Source of the DNA: Octopus sinensis
Lineage: Eukaryota
Direction: 5' to 3'
NCBI RefSeq assembly: GCF_006345805.1
Contig: NC_043004.1
Span: 42,036,001-42,100,000, forward strand
Length of the DNA stretch: 64,000 nucleotides
Position 1 is the first letter of the stretch; each line of letters begins with the position of its first letter. Made by a program: the position numbers and the translations under genes. The notes under the pieces are model-generated. The model searched no databases. It worked only from the letters and a program-made list of their open reading frames with translations, and was not told where the DNA came from. Of this stretch, positions 27,626-41,489 are shown one piece after another.

Positions 27626-28229
27626 CATAAGTTTAGGTAGTTTTGGGTGGAGTGTATGCTACAGTTTTATGGTGAATTTATAGAAAATCAGATGAAAAGA
27701 GTGACAAAGACCGAGGTGAATAGGCCTACACAATGTTTTTGTAGATCTTGAACGTGCCCGGCCGATGATTATTTCCCTTGGCAGTCTCTATAATCCTGAA
27801 ACTACACGGCTCCTTGATTTGTCTTATGTGATTGTTCGCCTGCAAGGACATGATGTTTTCTATGTCAGTTTATAGCATATTCGTATCTGCTTAACCTTCG
27901 GCTTTTGAAACTAGTTTTCGTAATATCACCTCAATCATTAAACTTGTGGGGTGGGGAGAAGGGATAAAAATATCATGGTTATTGCAAATGATGTAATGGT
28001 AGAAAATGAACTTATCTGAATTCACTGTCTTTTTTTTTCAGATTTCAAAATAGCGTATAGAAGAAATATTGAAATAAATATATATAAATTGTACGTTTCT
28101 TTTTTTACATACTTCCATAAATTTTATTTCATCAAGCAGTGAATAGAAGAAACTAGTTCTCGTTATAATATTCTCAATGTATACTGTATTTTGTTGACCT
28201 TTTACATATATATATTTTAACTTGCTTCA

Positions 28230-28660
28230 GTCTTCAGACTGCGGTCATACTGGGGCAAAACTTTGAGAAACCTTAGCCGAAAGAATCGACGCCAGTACAT
28301 TTTTTTTCGGAGCTGTACTTATTCTATTGGCCGCTTTTGGCAAATCGTTAAGTTACAGGGACACAAACACACCACCACCGGTTATAAAGTGGTGGCGGTG
28401 GTGGTGGTGGTGGGGGGGGGGCAAATAAAAATACATGCACAGACATGCACACACACACACTGACGCATACATTCACCCACACACACACACTCACTCCCTG
28501 CACACAAACACATACGACGTACTACTGTCAGTTTCCCTCTCCGAAATCCACTGAGAAGTCTTTCGCAGAAGTCACTTACCCAAGATGCCACGCAGTGGGA
28601 TTGAACCGGGAGCGATGTGGTTGGGAAGCAAAATTCTTACCGCACAGCCTCACCTGCTCC
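28230..28660 (-). mobile_element. SINE family B copy, degenerate
   Basis: Tail (cttcagtc..gactgcggtcatactgg), internal CA repeat and head (ccacgcagtgggattgaacc..tggttgggaagc). Confidence 0.8.
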
Positions 28661-29293
28661 TAGACAGCCACACTTGATAGCAATCAGTTTCATAGCTCAT
28701 TGTCCAATATTTACAAACGCAATTTACTGTTAATTTAAGCACTAACTTCATGTAGTCACAAGCTGTAAGTGTTAATATTTACCCAATTCTAAATCGATAC
28801 TAAATATCGTTATTTAATATGAAAATTAAGCCCATTAATTACTCAATTACAGTAGATTAGTGTTCTAACCAGATTTCCTTACATAGTAATACTGACAATA
28901 ACTAATCTCTCGCATTCGTTCTCTCCACTTCTAATATTAGAATGATTTTCTAAGCGCACTGACTTTACCATGGAGAAACAAGTGAAGAAATACATCTTAC
29001 GTCGAGTGGAAAAGAGGATGGGTTTAGCTCTGCACAAGGTTAATCAACTATCGTCAATCCTTGGACAGCCACAACACTTCAGATGATAGTAGAAACACGA
29101 ATCGAGGCTGACCTGAATCACTAGCAAACATATAGAAGCATATTTACATACATATACCTGCGCGTGTGCACACACATACGCACATACACACATACACACG
29201 CATACTGAGTAATTTATTCAATCACATGCATATATATATATGCAATATTTATGCATGTGTGTGTGTATATATATATATATAAATAAATATATG

Positions 29294-29410
<117 letters not shown>

Positions 29411-31239
29411 GACGCATGCACACATGCACACACACATAAGTGCGCACGCGCTTAGGTATGTGTTTGTGTGTACCTGTGTGCTGGTTTTTATGTATGCATA
29501 TATATGTCTATGCATGTGTATATTTATATATATTTCACACACACACACAAACATACATACAAACACATGCACACACTTTCAAATTTGACATAATATAATC
29601 ATATATGCAATGCAACGTAGATGTTCAACCATGCCATCATTTATACACACGCAAAGACATTTCCAATCATTTGCATTTATAAATCCCAGTGCGCTGAGCG
29701 AACACACGCACGTACTCCCCACATACACCACTCATATACACACATACAAACGCTCACGTACACATGCATATTCTCACTCACAACACATATGCATGACGTA
29801 CGCAGGCACAAACACACATTATGTATTATTTCTTATACCTAGAATCCCATTTCGTATTCAAAGAAGATGCATTTGACTTGCATAAAAGATATAGATTACA
29901 TTTAACGTAATCAAATTTCAGTTCACTTGAACGTCAAATCAAATAAATATCAGACCTTGGTTATGTAAGGTACGAATGCCATAAAATTCGCCCTTAAGAA
30001 AGTATGCAGAATGAATGTATACACATTCATCTTGGAAATCGTGTGAATATATAGGTGTCTTTGAGGGAGGTGTGTGAGTGTAGCTCAATGGCAGGGATAT
30101 GGTTTTATTCAAGAGAAAATTAAAGATATTAATTAAATGAATGTCAAATCAAATAAGAAGAATTTCCTTCAATTATGTAAGTAACGAACACTATACTTAC
30201 TCGTTATTAAGGCAACGTGAAGTGAAGACGTATAAAGATGCATTTTATATATCGTATGAGCACAGTTCCTATAACACAAGACTGGCTTAATAGTTTAAAT
30301 TATCGATAGGATATAATTTTATTTGAAATAAAAATTGCCATTAGATTGAGTTGAGATTTATACTTCCTTGATAACCTCTATTATGAGTCAGAGAGAAAGC
30401 CGAGTAATTATTTTGGAGCCCTATTTAACTGGTAGGTAGAAAACGTATATTTTGAAATCATTCAAATCTTTGGTATCCGCTTTAGCGTAAACACACTAAC
30501 ACAAAAACACTTACACATATGAAACTTGATTAAAAATGCATGCGATGATAGTATAGCTCATAGAAGTATTATATGGCAAAGGAACACACCTCGATTATAT
30601 ATTTTCCCAAAGAATGCTGCTGTGAATGTCATTTATCAATCGTATTTATTCACAGTTTGACCGATTGCTCCAACAAAACTTAAATATCTAGGGAATGATC
30701 AAAATGCTACTATCTTTCTTGATTGTTCATCTCTTGGTAATCTCGTTATTTTTCTTGATCGGGCGGCCCACTAGGGCAAATCATTCAACGTGTTGGCTGA
30801 ATTATATACAAAGCTACAAGCTTTGTCTAGTTCATTCAGAGTTGCCCTCGTAGCAACATCATTTCCTGCTGGAACCTTTGATAGTGTGAGTCTTATTTTT
30901 ATTGGTGATTTTCTTAAGTGTTATACTATTTGTTGTTCTGTGGATTCCTGTGTGAATCGCAGTTTTGACGTCGTTTCGGCGGTGTTTTCGCCCAACGGGG
31001 CAGAAAATTGTTGTCAATTAATTATTGAAAACTTAGCCCGGTAAAAGGGGAAATATTTCTTTCTACTTTTGTCATTTGTGACAGAAGGTGTATTGTTTCT
31101 ACGTTGTTATCTGTAAAGCCAATGTTGAGTCTAAAAAAAAAAAATGGAATTCGATTTAAACTCAAATAAAGATTTCCCCTCAATCTCAATGCAAGGAAAT
31201 ATTGAATCGAATGAAGGTGAAAAACCGAGCTTTTAAGCA

Positions 31240-31880
31240 ACCGCTGGAGGCAACTTTATAGATATGAACGTTACAAAGGGACAATTGTTCAAGTTCAGAA
31301 ATCTTATAAAGAAGACGGGAAGTGACACCAAACTCTTGCCACCACCAGAGACTATATAAAGCCTGGCATAAAAAAAAGAAAGAAAATAATGCCTACAAAA
31401 ATGAAACAGTGGAAAAGTGTCTGGCGCCCATATGGGGCAAAATCGTATACATAGAAAAAGGAGTGAGAAGCGCTACTGTGGAGGCGCATTTTAATGATGT
31501 CGAGATGACAAAGCGGATATCAACTCAAACATTAAGGTACGCCGAAATAATCCTCCTTCCGACAGATTTAGGAAGGAGGCCAGCAAAAATCAGAATAGAG
31601 GAAATACCGACCGGGTACGAAGCGTCATGATTGGCCGCTGCGGTTGTCCATGACGCCGATGAGGATATAACTATACTACAAACGAGAAGGAGGGAAGCCA
31701 TTAACTGGAAAGGTCAAACCCTGGAAATTGTCGTACAGGCCCCAAATGAGGTTCTGGAATCTTTATAGGGGAGGGACTAATTGCCCGTGTCTCGGTGGAA
31801 GGTCGAAGACCGAGGTGCTTTAAATGTGGTGAGAAGGGACACGTAAGGTCACACTGCGAAAAGGTAAAAAAGGCAAAAAA
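31240..31880 (+). mobile_element. Gag-like LINE ORF1 relic with CCHC zinc knuckle (probably L1/Tx1-type)
   Basis: ORF 31322-31630 continues through stops to VEGRRPRCFKCGEKGHVRSHC (C-x2-C-x4-H-x4-C at 31816-31857). Confidence 0.7.
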
Positions 31881-31910
31881 GGTAGATGTCCATTCCCTAA
31901 AAGAAAAAGG

Positions 31911-32100
31911 GGATCTTTACCTTTTGACCTACAGATTAAGAAAATAATTATTTGTGACTAAACACTTTCAAAATTCGGACACTGGTAGAATGTATCATAT
32001 AAAACATCTTTTACTCTTTGCACTTTTGAGAAAAACTTATATTTGCGAAGTTATTTCCCGTTAAAGTTCTCGTATTTCGGTAATTTCAACCAATCAATGT
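31911..32100 (+). mobile_element. Truncated divergent relative of the CCCTAA MITE family
   Basis: Starts ggatcttt and shares actggtagaatgt..taaaacatcttt..taatttcaaccaatcaatg with the MITEs. Confidence 0.6.
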
Positions 32101-32471
32101 TTACAGTTCCTGTAAACATGTTCAACTTTCGAGTAATTAGAGTAACCTTCGTGATACCTAACAGATTCTCTGTATTAAAAATGTTTTGTATTAGTGCTTT
32201 CTAACAAAGAAAAAGACTTCAATAAATGTTGGTTTTTCTATTTCCTTTAAGTTTTTCTTCTCCGCAAATTCTCCCAGCTTCCTTCTTTATAGCAAAAGAA
32301 TTAAAATTGTTTAGTCAATAATAATATTTATTAAACACAATCCTTTATTTCATAAAGTATCTAATGTATAGTGAAATGTAAATGGTTTTGTGAAAGTTTC
32401 ATTTATCTTCATGCCGGTTTCAATGTCCTAATATGTTGCACAGGTTCCTCAAAATACATGGTTCGTTAAGG

Positions 32472-32652
32472 ACTGATTTTGTTAGGACGTTTCGTTCCGA
32501 GACGCTTGATGTAAAGAACAGTCGGAACAAGGTTGTGAAATAGATAATGGGCGTATGTGACACATACGTCCATTACTCATTTTCCATCTTCCATCTCATT
32601 GTTATTGCTTACATCAGGCGTCTTGGATACGAAACGTCGTAACAAAATCAGT
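32472..32652. mobile_element. Small foldback/MITE-like element with about 43-bp inverted repeats
   Basis: actgattttgttaggacgtttcgttccgagacgcttgatgtaa pairs with ttacatcaggcgtcttggatacgaaacgtcgtaacaaaatcagt. Confidence 0.7.
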
Positions 32653-32899
32653 GCTGGATATAATTTCTAGAGAAAATCCGTAGAGGTAACCACACCAAGT
32701 GATGTAATAGCACTGCTAACACAGTAAAACACTGAACTGACTTATAAATTCGTTTAATATAGTTTCTAGCATATTATGGTTGCATAAAGAAAAACCATGT
32801 CCTTACAGGTCATAAAAATACATGGTTAGCTGATTTCTCTTCTGATGTAATGGTTTCAGTGACAGTGATTACAAGTGACAGGTATGCGTAGGAAAATTC

Positions 32900-32961
<62 letters not shown>

Positions 32962-33044
32962 ATGTCTGTCTGTCTGTCTGTCTGTCTATCTGTCTGTCTG
33001 TCTGTCTATCTGTCTATCTGTCTATCTATCTATCTATCTATCTA

Positions 33045-33079
<35 letters not shown>

Positions 33080-33080
33080 G

Positions 33081-33118
<38 letters not shown>

Positions 33119-33119
33119 C

Positions 33120-33178
<59 letters not shown>

Positions 33179-33191
33179 CATCTATCTATCC

Positions 33192-33229
<38 letters not shown>

Positions 33230-33235
33230 TTATTT
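32900..33235. repeat. (TCTA)n/(TCTG)n microsatellite
   Basis: Seen directly. Confidence 0.95.
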
Positions 33236-33804
33236 ATCTAACTATATCCATTCATCCACCCGTCCGTCTGACTGTCCATCCGTCTGTCTCTCTGTCTCTC
33301 CATCTAACCCTGTGTAAAATTTACATTCAAAATACATCTGATCTAATAAGTGTTCAGTTTTGATACGAAACATTTTAGTAACTAACAAAAAAATAAAATG
33401 CATCCGTAATTGCTTTAAGTACACATACACATCCATATATCCTCAAACACGCAAGGTTGCACACAACACAAACACACACACGTAAACATACACACACGGA
33501 CGCTCAAACACACACACACTATGTGTGTGTGTATCTGTGTGTGCATGAGTGGATAAGCATACAGTATTGAAATAAATTGTGTTTAAGTTTCATCTACTTT
33601 ATCGAGATATTATTCAAAATTTTGTGTGAATCCCTCGCAGCTTGTTTACAACTAAAGTTCTTAAAACCATCGTCAGCTTTTGTAGAGCTTCATACTCTCA
33701 TCTTCAAGATGAAGTGATATTAATATATTTTCATATGATACAAATTCATATTTACATATACATACTTACACACATTCGCATACATATATGTATGTGTATA
33801 TATA

Positions 33805-33873
<69 letters not shown>

Positions 33874-34304
33874 ATGTGTTTATATATATATATAATATTC
33901 ACGTAAACATTTGCAAGCACGATACATATATACATGCATGCGCACATACATACATACATACATATACATACATATACACACGTACGTATATACATATACA
34001 TACATACATACATATATATACATATACATACATACATATATACATATACATACATATACATACATATATATACATATACATATACATACATATATACATA
34101 CATACATACATAGAGATATGGCTAACTAGACAGACATGTTTATCAACTGTAGTCCACTTAAAGTATATTATGTATGCAAGTGTTCACACATGTACGTGGG
34201 AGTGTATATATATAATATATATATGTATATATATATATATATATTATATATATATATAATATATATATATGTATGCATGTATATATATATATATATATGT
34301 ATGC

Positions 34305-34375
<71 letters not shown>

Positions 34376-35587
34376 TATATAAACACACACAGACACATAT
34401 ATAAATACATTCATACTTACATACATACTTATAAAAACTTAGACAAACACACCATTGAAATTCTATACTAAGTATTGATTCTTATATTATCTTGATATTG
34501 TGTAAACCCAAACAGATCGGATTTTTTCAGCAAGTACTGCACAATTGAGGAATAGCGCAAGAGGGTGATTTTTCAAGACAAAAATAAAGAAAAACCCCAA
34601 AATATTGGAAAACAAAAAAATAACTAAGCATAGAATATAACAGGTAACCCACCAATAAACTATAACTAAATACAACAAAAACAAAAATAAGCCAGAGTAA
34701 GAAGATAATCAAGTAAAACTTTTATTAAAAAGTACAAAATAGCTCCTTATAATTTTATTAGTTATAGCTTGTAAAAATTAAAACCACACTTAAAAACATA
34801 TATAAAGACAGAGATCTTATTTTTGTATATACTTTTGGAAATAATATTTTTAAGATAAAAACGTATTGAAGAACATTTACAGATTTTCTTATCGACACTT
34901 AGAAATATAGGATAAGAAATACGAAAACGAACTGTGATCGATAAACAGCCACACTACTTAAGAACTACAATAAAACATATTAATATAATATGAAGAAAAG
35001 TAAATGAAAACTTGTTTTCTATTAGTTTACTTAAGAAACTCGAAAACGGATAAGAGATGCTGCGTGTCTTTTAGTTAGAAAAAGAATAACGAAATTAATC
35101 GATAATACACAACCAGGACTGTTTATCTTAAGTTTCATAGCATACAGTTGCATCTGGCGAAGTCGATAGAGAGCCGCACCTGTAGCTGAGTAAGTTTAAT
35201 ACTTCGTATCTTGTCAAATCTACTTGGTTGAGTCTGAAGCAAATACAATTACCGCTCAAGTCTAAGTCCTCCATTTAGGTGTAAGTAATTATATTTTATA
35301 CCACGCCATTTTCTTTTAAACAGACTGAGTACAATATCGTTAACTGGAATTATAGCGCTAATCAATATTCTAGACGAATAAAAAAACTTCTGGTGTTTAA
35401 ATTTTTGAAACTCATATTAGTAATACAGTTAAAAGGAAGTCCAGCAGTATGTTAAAGAAATATCCAAAACGAAAATCGTTTAACAATGGTCGGAGGTATA
35501 GTTGTGTGGTTCAGAACTTTTACTTTGCTTTGCAACAAAGCGTTATTTGGTTCGATTCTCATTTGCGTGGAGACTTAGACATTGGTT

Positions 35588-36250
35588 TTTTGACTGCTAT
35601 TTCTAAACTTCGGTATGTGGTAAAGCAAATCTTTGCTGAACCCTAATTATAAAGTATTACTTAAGTTTACCGTGAAATGATCCTTTTCCATGCCGAATTC
35701 TACTTGGTGAAATTATTGATTACTTCTTAATTAATTAATTCTACCCTTTGCTATTATTGATAATGGAATTTTTCTCCCTGATAACTACAGTTTTTTTTTT
35801 CTGTAGTATCTTACTTGACGACACGCGCTGATGGGCAGGGGAGGGTAAATGAACCTCATTCATATTTTGAATTTGGCGGCACTAACACTGAATATGATCT
35901 GTCCGAGACCGTTAAGTGGAGAGATATATTTAATTCTTCCAGTGACTTCGAATTTAATATTTGATATTTAATATTGTTGGAATCCCATGCTGATGAACGA
36001 AAATGGTTGAGTAAGGTATAATTCTATATTCTTTATATCGATCTAATTCCGAAGCGCGTCTACATGGGTAACCAGATATGGATTGATTTTCGTTATTTTC
36101 CCTCTCTGCCTGCGTAGATTGTTTTCAAGTATTTTGGTTTTTCTGGGAGTCCCTTTTTAAAGTAGAAGAAATAGCTAAGGTGTTTTGACTGCTATTTCTA
36201 AACTTCGGTATGTGGTAAAGCAAATCTTTGCTGGACCCTAATTATAAAGT
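35588..36250 (+). mobile_element. About 595-bp unit bounded by about 70-bp direct repeats, with a hammerhead relic (Penelope/retrozyme-like)
   Basis: ttttgactgctatttctaaacttcggtatgtggtaaagcaaatctttgctg.accctaattataaagtat occurs at about 35588 and 36183; ends in (TA)n. Confidence 0.6.
35984..36068 (+). ncRNA. Degenerate type I hammerhead with long helix II
   Basis: CCCAUG-CUGAUGA...GAAG-CGCG-UCUA/CAUGGG: perfect 6-bp helix I, palindromic CGCG in helix III, GAAA core damaged. Confidence 0.5.
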
Positions 36251-36311
36251 ATATATATATGTATGTATATGTATGTATATGTATGTATATATATATATAT
36301 TATATATATAT

Positions 36312-36366
<55 letters not shown>

Positions 36367-36388
36367 ATATATATATATATATATATAC

Positions 36389-36426
<38 letters not shown>

Positions 36427-36449
36427 ATATGTATATATATGCATGTATA

Positions 36450-37401
36450 TTCCCTTGGCGGGCTGGCCATATCGGAGCAATCTCAAGATTAATCAGCCGA
36501 AATTGCTAAGATGATCTGGTTCTTGACTGATGACTGAGGGCTTTGAATGTCCCGTCCTGTGGTTCTTGTGTCGTCTCTGTGGTGTTTCATGTTCTTGTCC
36601 ATGTCTGTAATTATTTTTACTGTTTACCTTTATAATCGGCGGCTACGTATCCACAATTGTCCTTATACGATAAGTATATTTTTTCTCTAGCATTGATACG
36701 ACTCTTAATCTGTCTCTTTCTCTCTCTCTCTCTCCTCCCTTATTCCCCTTCCTTTCTTTCCCTCTCCATCCGTCTTCCCCCCCCTTCTACGTTTCTCCAT
36801 CTCTCTCACCTCCAGCCCCCTCGATCTGTCTCTTTCTTCTCCTCCCTCGTCCACCTTCTCTCTCTTTTCATCTGTCCCTTTCTCCTGTCTTTTGTTCTCA
36901 CGTGACCGCTAGCCGCTGTTGAGCGCTCTTTCGTTCCAGCAGTCGCAGAAGCAACACGTATTTGTTCGTCTCCCTGCGGCCTTTAGGCACAACTTCACAA
37001 GCCAGCCCCATACTCAACTCGTCCTGTCGAAAGACCCTTGTCCTACGTCCTGGTTTTGTTTTGTTGTTTATTTTTTATTTACCGTTATTGTTTTTACGTT
37101 TTTGTATTCTTATTGGTGTCACGTATTCTGTATTTTTGTTCGTGTACTTCGTTCGTTTTCCGTCTTCGTGTTGTATACATTCGAAGCTTTCTTCCAGGGG
37201 ATCTAATGCGCTTGGCTTAGATTTCCCTTGGCGGGCTGGCCATATCGGAGCAATCTCAAGATTAATCAGCCGAAATTGCTAAGATGATCTGGTTCTTGAC
37301 TGATGACTGAGGGCTTGCGAATGTCCGTCCTGTGGTTCTTGTGTCGTCTCTGTGGTGTTTCATGTTCTTGTCCCTGTCTGTAATTATTTTTACTGTTTAC
37401 C

Positions 37402-37402
<1 letters not shown>
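36450..37402 (+). mobile_element. Penelope-like fragment bounded by two 180-bp direct repeats (36450-36629, 37223-37402)
   Basis: Near-identical direct repeats 773 bp apart, flanked on both sides by (TA)n; the superfamily assignment is inferred. Confidence 0.55.
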
Positions 37403-37445
<43 letters not shown>

Positions 37446-37503
37446 CATATATATATACATATATATATATATATACACACATACATATATATGTATGTAT
37501 GTA

Positions 37504-37596
<93 letters not shown>

Positions 37597-37679
37597 CACA
37601 TGTGTGTGTATTTACATATGTGCAGATTCATCAAATTTTCTACCTATGTATTATCTCATGCTTATTCCTCGGCTGCTAC

Positions 37680-37757
<78 letters not shown>

Positions 37758-38057
37758 GTGTGTGTGTTTGTGTTCTTGTTTGTGCACGCGCGGGCGCGTA
37801 TTTGTGCATGTGTGTGCTTAATGATAGCTTGGTTGAATGGGCGCAGAACATATCAACATCATTATATTTTCTGAGGCATCGTGTTTATGTGTGCCATCTC
37901 AGATTTGCAGAGGTAGCAGTCACCACATAGAGAGATTTGCTGATTTCAAGTTTCGTATGAGATTGCTTGACAGGAATGCCTCGTGGGTAATTGTAAGTTT
38001 ATATCTCTACGCACAGCAAGGATTATATGCCTACAACCGTATGTGGGCTACCGTTGA

Positions 38058-38123
<66 letters not shown>

Positions 38124-38183
38124 GGAATGTTTAAATTAGGAAACTTTGAGTCTTAAATTTCATCTCTGCAAAATATTAACTTT

Positions 38184-38610
38184 GGATCTTTTCGGTTTGA
38201 ACGGCAGTTTTTAACATAATTTCTAGGTAACTAAACAAGTTTAAACTTCATATACTGGTAGAATTTGTTTATAAAACATCTTTTCCTCTTGGAAATTCTA
38301 TAGTTTGTAAGATATTTGTTGTTTTTTTTCTTCAATTTCTGCAATTTCAACCAATCAGTGACCTCTATTGAGGTAAAAAAAAATTCTGTGCCGTATGAAT
38401 ATGTCCCTCGTTTAAGAAAGAGTTTGTGTTTATTTACATTTGTGAAGAAAAAAAGATACCCTTCCCCCACCCCTAACCCTAACCCTGACCCTAACTAACT
38501 CTAACCCTAAAACAGATTCAAATGCAATAGATCGATACTAGGGTCATAATTATGGGTGACAATTTCATATGACACCGCTAGAAAAACTGCCGTTCAAACC
38601 GAAAAGAACC
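38184..38610 (+). mobile_element. MITE (same family as 11772), internal CCCTAA repeats
   Basis: TIRs plus a perfect 8-bp TSD ttaacttt (38176-38183 / 38611-38618). Confidence 0.92.
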
Positions 38611-38869
38611 TTAACTTTATATGATAAAATCCATGCATAAGTTCCATTCTGTATAATGTTAAACTATTTTATAAGTGATAACTGGTAATTGTATTTTATC
38701 TACTTAATAATTTGACACCAACCAAATTTTATGACTCGAGTCATACATCAGCTGGGGAATATTGAAATAAATATTTGTTCTACATGACCAGCCACGTAGG
38801 AAAGCCGTGGTCGGACATGACGTGACAGAAAATCAGCAGCGAAGTTTTATGCTGTGTTGTCATTTGAGA

Positions 38870-39180
38870 TTAGTGCTTCAGTGTAGTTTGTTCATCTTTT
38901 GTATTTTGTTGCATCCCTGTGTACAGGGAAAAGCGATTGCTTTTTTTTTTCTGTGTTGCTTTATAAGATGTAAGCAGTCGTTAGTTTTGTTTTCAAATAC
39001 CTTTTCTAGTCCAACGGTTGCTATTTCATAGTAGTTCTCTATGTGCGTCAAGTCTCGACCTCCTTCTGAGCTTGGTAGATATATTTTGTCTCTGTCTCCT
39101 ATTGGGGGTCGTGACTTCGGTGTATTGCTCATAATTTCCTGCAGTTTCTGTCTCAGCTTCTCAATTCACTAATCATCCTG
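38870..39180 (-). mobile_element. Dong/R4-like LINE RT C-terminal fragment
   Basis: ORF track DRDKIYLPSSEGGRDLTHIENYY resembles the H-P-K-A-D-x-x-R-L-Y-L-P-R-x-x-G-G-R-G-L motif of RLE LINEs. Confidence 0.75.
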
Positions 39181-39257
39181 CTAGCATGGTTATCCCTATT
39201 ATCTTCATTTTTAGCATTCAGTCAGTGTCTCGTATTAGGGTAATACATGACACTAAG

Positions 39258-39390
39258 TTCTTCTTCTTCTTTTCTTCTTCTTCTTCTTCTTCTTCTTCTT
39301 CTTCTTCTTCTTTTCTTCTTCTTCTTCTTCTTCTTCTTCTTCTTCTTCTTCTTCTTCTTCTTCTTCTTCTTCTTCTTCTTCTTCTTCTTT
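39258..39390. repeat. (CTT)n microsatellite
   Basis: Seen directly. Confidence 0.95.
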
Positions 39391-39788
39391 CGACACATGT
39401 TTCGAAAATTCCACTGATACTATTCAAAAGAATAAATGGTATAAACAATGCAATCTTCTCTTCTGGAAAGTGAAAAAAACGAAACTCGTCAATAAGACAT
39501 TTTAGCAAAAAATGATGGATTTGTATAGCGATTGACAGAACGCTATTAATATTGTTAAAAAAAACGTTATATGATATAACGTCATAAGTAGCTAACAGAA
39601 AGAGTAGAGATATTAATAGTGAATGTTAAATATAAAGGAAATTAAAGTTTAAATTATATATATATATGTATATGCGTATATATACATAGCCTGTTATTAT
39701 GAAGTGAGAATTATATATATATGTCATAAATTTTAAAAATATTCTTGAATGATGCCATGTTTGGCTCGTTCACATTTCATTATGTGTG

Positions 39789-39830
<42 letters not shown>

Positions 39831-40064
39831 TATATATGGAAAAAAAGTCAAGATAGAAAATGCTAAAATAATTTTATAAAAAAAAAGTACCGGTTTCGTC
39901 ATTGATAGTTTTTCAACTGTAAGTATGGAAAACAATTAAATTTTGGAAAAATTAAAATTAATTTTTTTGAAAGAATATTTGCGTAGTGTTCAAATACAAG
40001 TGGCATTTTCCTTGTTTCTGCCTGTCTCTGTTTCCAACCCACAAGAGTAAACAAGAGAGGTAAG

Positions 40065-40180
40065 CACAGTGCGAGGTAAGCACAATGATGTCACTAATAG
40101 CTCTCACTGCATATGCAACAATGTACTGCCATCTGTTAGCGCGCTACAGATCTAGCCCGGGCACCTTTTGATACCACCTC
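40065..40180 (-). mobile_element. Mariner-like terminal fragment
   Basis: Minus strand gaggtggtatcaaaaggtgcccgggctag resembles mariner TIRs. Confidence 0.45.
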
Positions 40181-40824
40181 CTAATAATAATACTAATATG
40201 CAATAAGAGATTACTAATACTCACTTCATAATAACAGGCTATGTATGACCGATAAAGAGAGATATCAAATACATGATGCACATGGCAAGAAATATACACA
40301 TAAATATAATGTATATGATACGCACAAATATGATACGAAATGTCAATACAAAGTATTAAACACATATTATGTACAATAATCTCTATATATCACAGACACT
40401 CAGACGAAATACTGTACTACATGTTGTAGTTGATTGTTTTGTGCAAGCACATAATCAAATTAAGATTACTGTAATAATATGATATTGCTAATCATTCGCT
40501 TTAGACAAATCTCATGACGTTTCGGGGGATATCATAATTGTAGAACCAAAAGTGATATAAGCTGTTGGTACACCAGGAATTTTGTTTCTGAACAAAAGAA
40601 ACTCTTTAAAATCTGACAAGTTTTGAGAAAAATGTAAAGAAATGCTTTGATTACTGAACTGGTTTATAAAAGTGTCAGAGAACCGAGACATGATGAAAAG
40701 AAGACTAGTTATGAACAAATGTGAAACATCAGCTTTCGAAAATTAAAAAGAAAAAGAAAACTATCACGATTAGATATTTGAAGGATTACAAACTTAATTG
40801 GGATAAAATATATATTTCTTTACT

Positions 40825-41229
40825 ATCCAAAAGGGGCTAAACACAGATGGGACAAACAAGCACAGACAAAGGGATTAAGTCGATTACATCGACCCCAGTG
40901 CATAACTGGTACGTAATTTATCGACCCCGAAAGGATGAAAGGCAAACTCAACCTCGGCGGAATTTGAACTCAGAACGTAGTGGCAGACGAAATACCTATT
41001 TTTTTATTGCCCACAGAGGGCTAAACACAGAGAGGACTAACAAGGACAAACATAGGTATTAAGTCGATTACATCGACCCCAGTGCGTAACTGGTACTTAG
41101 TTTATCGACCCCGAAAGGATGAAAGGCAAATTCGACCTCGGCGGAATTTGAACTCAGAACGTAACGGCAGACGAAATACCGCTAAGCATTTCGCCCGGCG
41201 TGCTAACGTTTCTGCCAACTCGCCGCCTT
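40825..41229 (-). mobile_element. SINE family A full copy plus an adjacent partial duplicate
   Basis: Full copy about 41020-41229 (head aaggcggcgagttggcagaaacgttagc) preceded by a second copy of core and tail at 40825-40995. Confidence 0.9.
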
Positions 41230-41489
41230 TAACAGGTATACTGAAAACACTCGGCAATCAAATCCAGCAGATGAACAGTATCTGCACCTCTTTGATAAAA
41301 TATATTTATAAAGAACGTTAAGTATAACCAATTTCAGTTCCTTTAACTTTTATAAAATCATTCATCAAAACGTAAAAGTACATTTAGTGAAAATTAATGA
41401 GGTATTTTATAATACGACCTGAGACTTTCACCGAGGGAAATTTGTTTTGATTCTCTGTCAGAATTTTCAGTTGAACTATAGCAATGTAG

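Noticed and set aside
30790-31050. Possible second LINE ORF1 start on the minus strand
   Set aside because: Only a vague resemblance (IRLTLSKVPAG) to the neighbouring ORF1 relic; too weak to call.
35141-35189. Exon-like segment between tttcatAG and GTaagt
   Set aside because: Stop codons in all three frames and no neighbouring exons; cannot support a gene, though a non-coding exon is not excluded.
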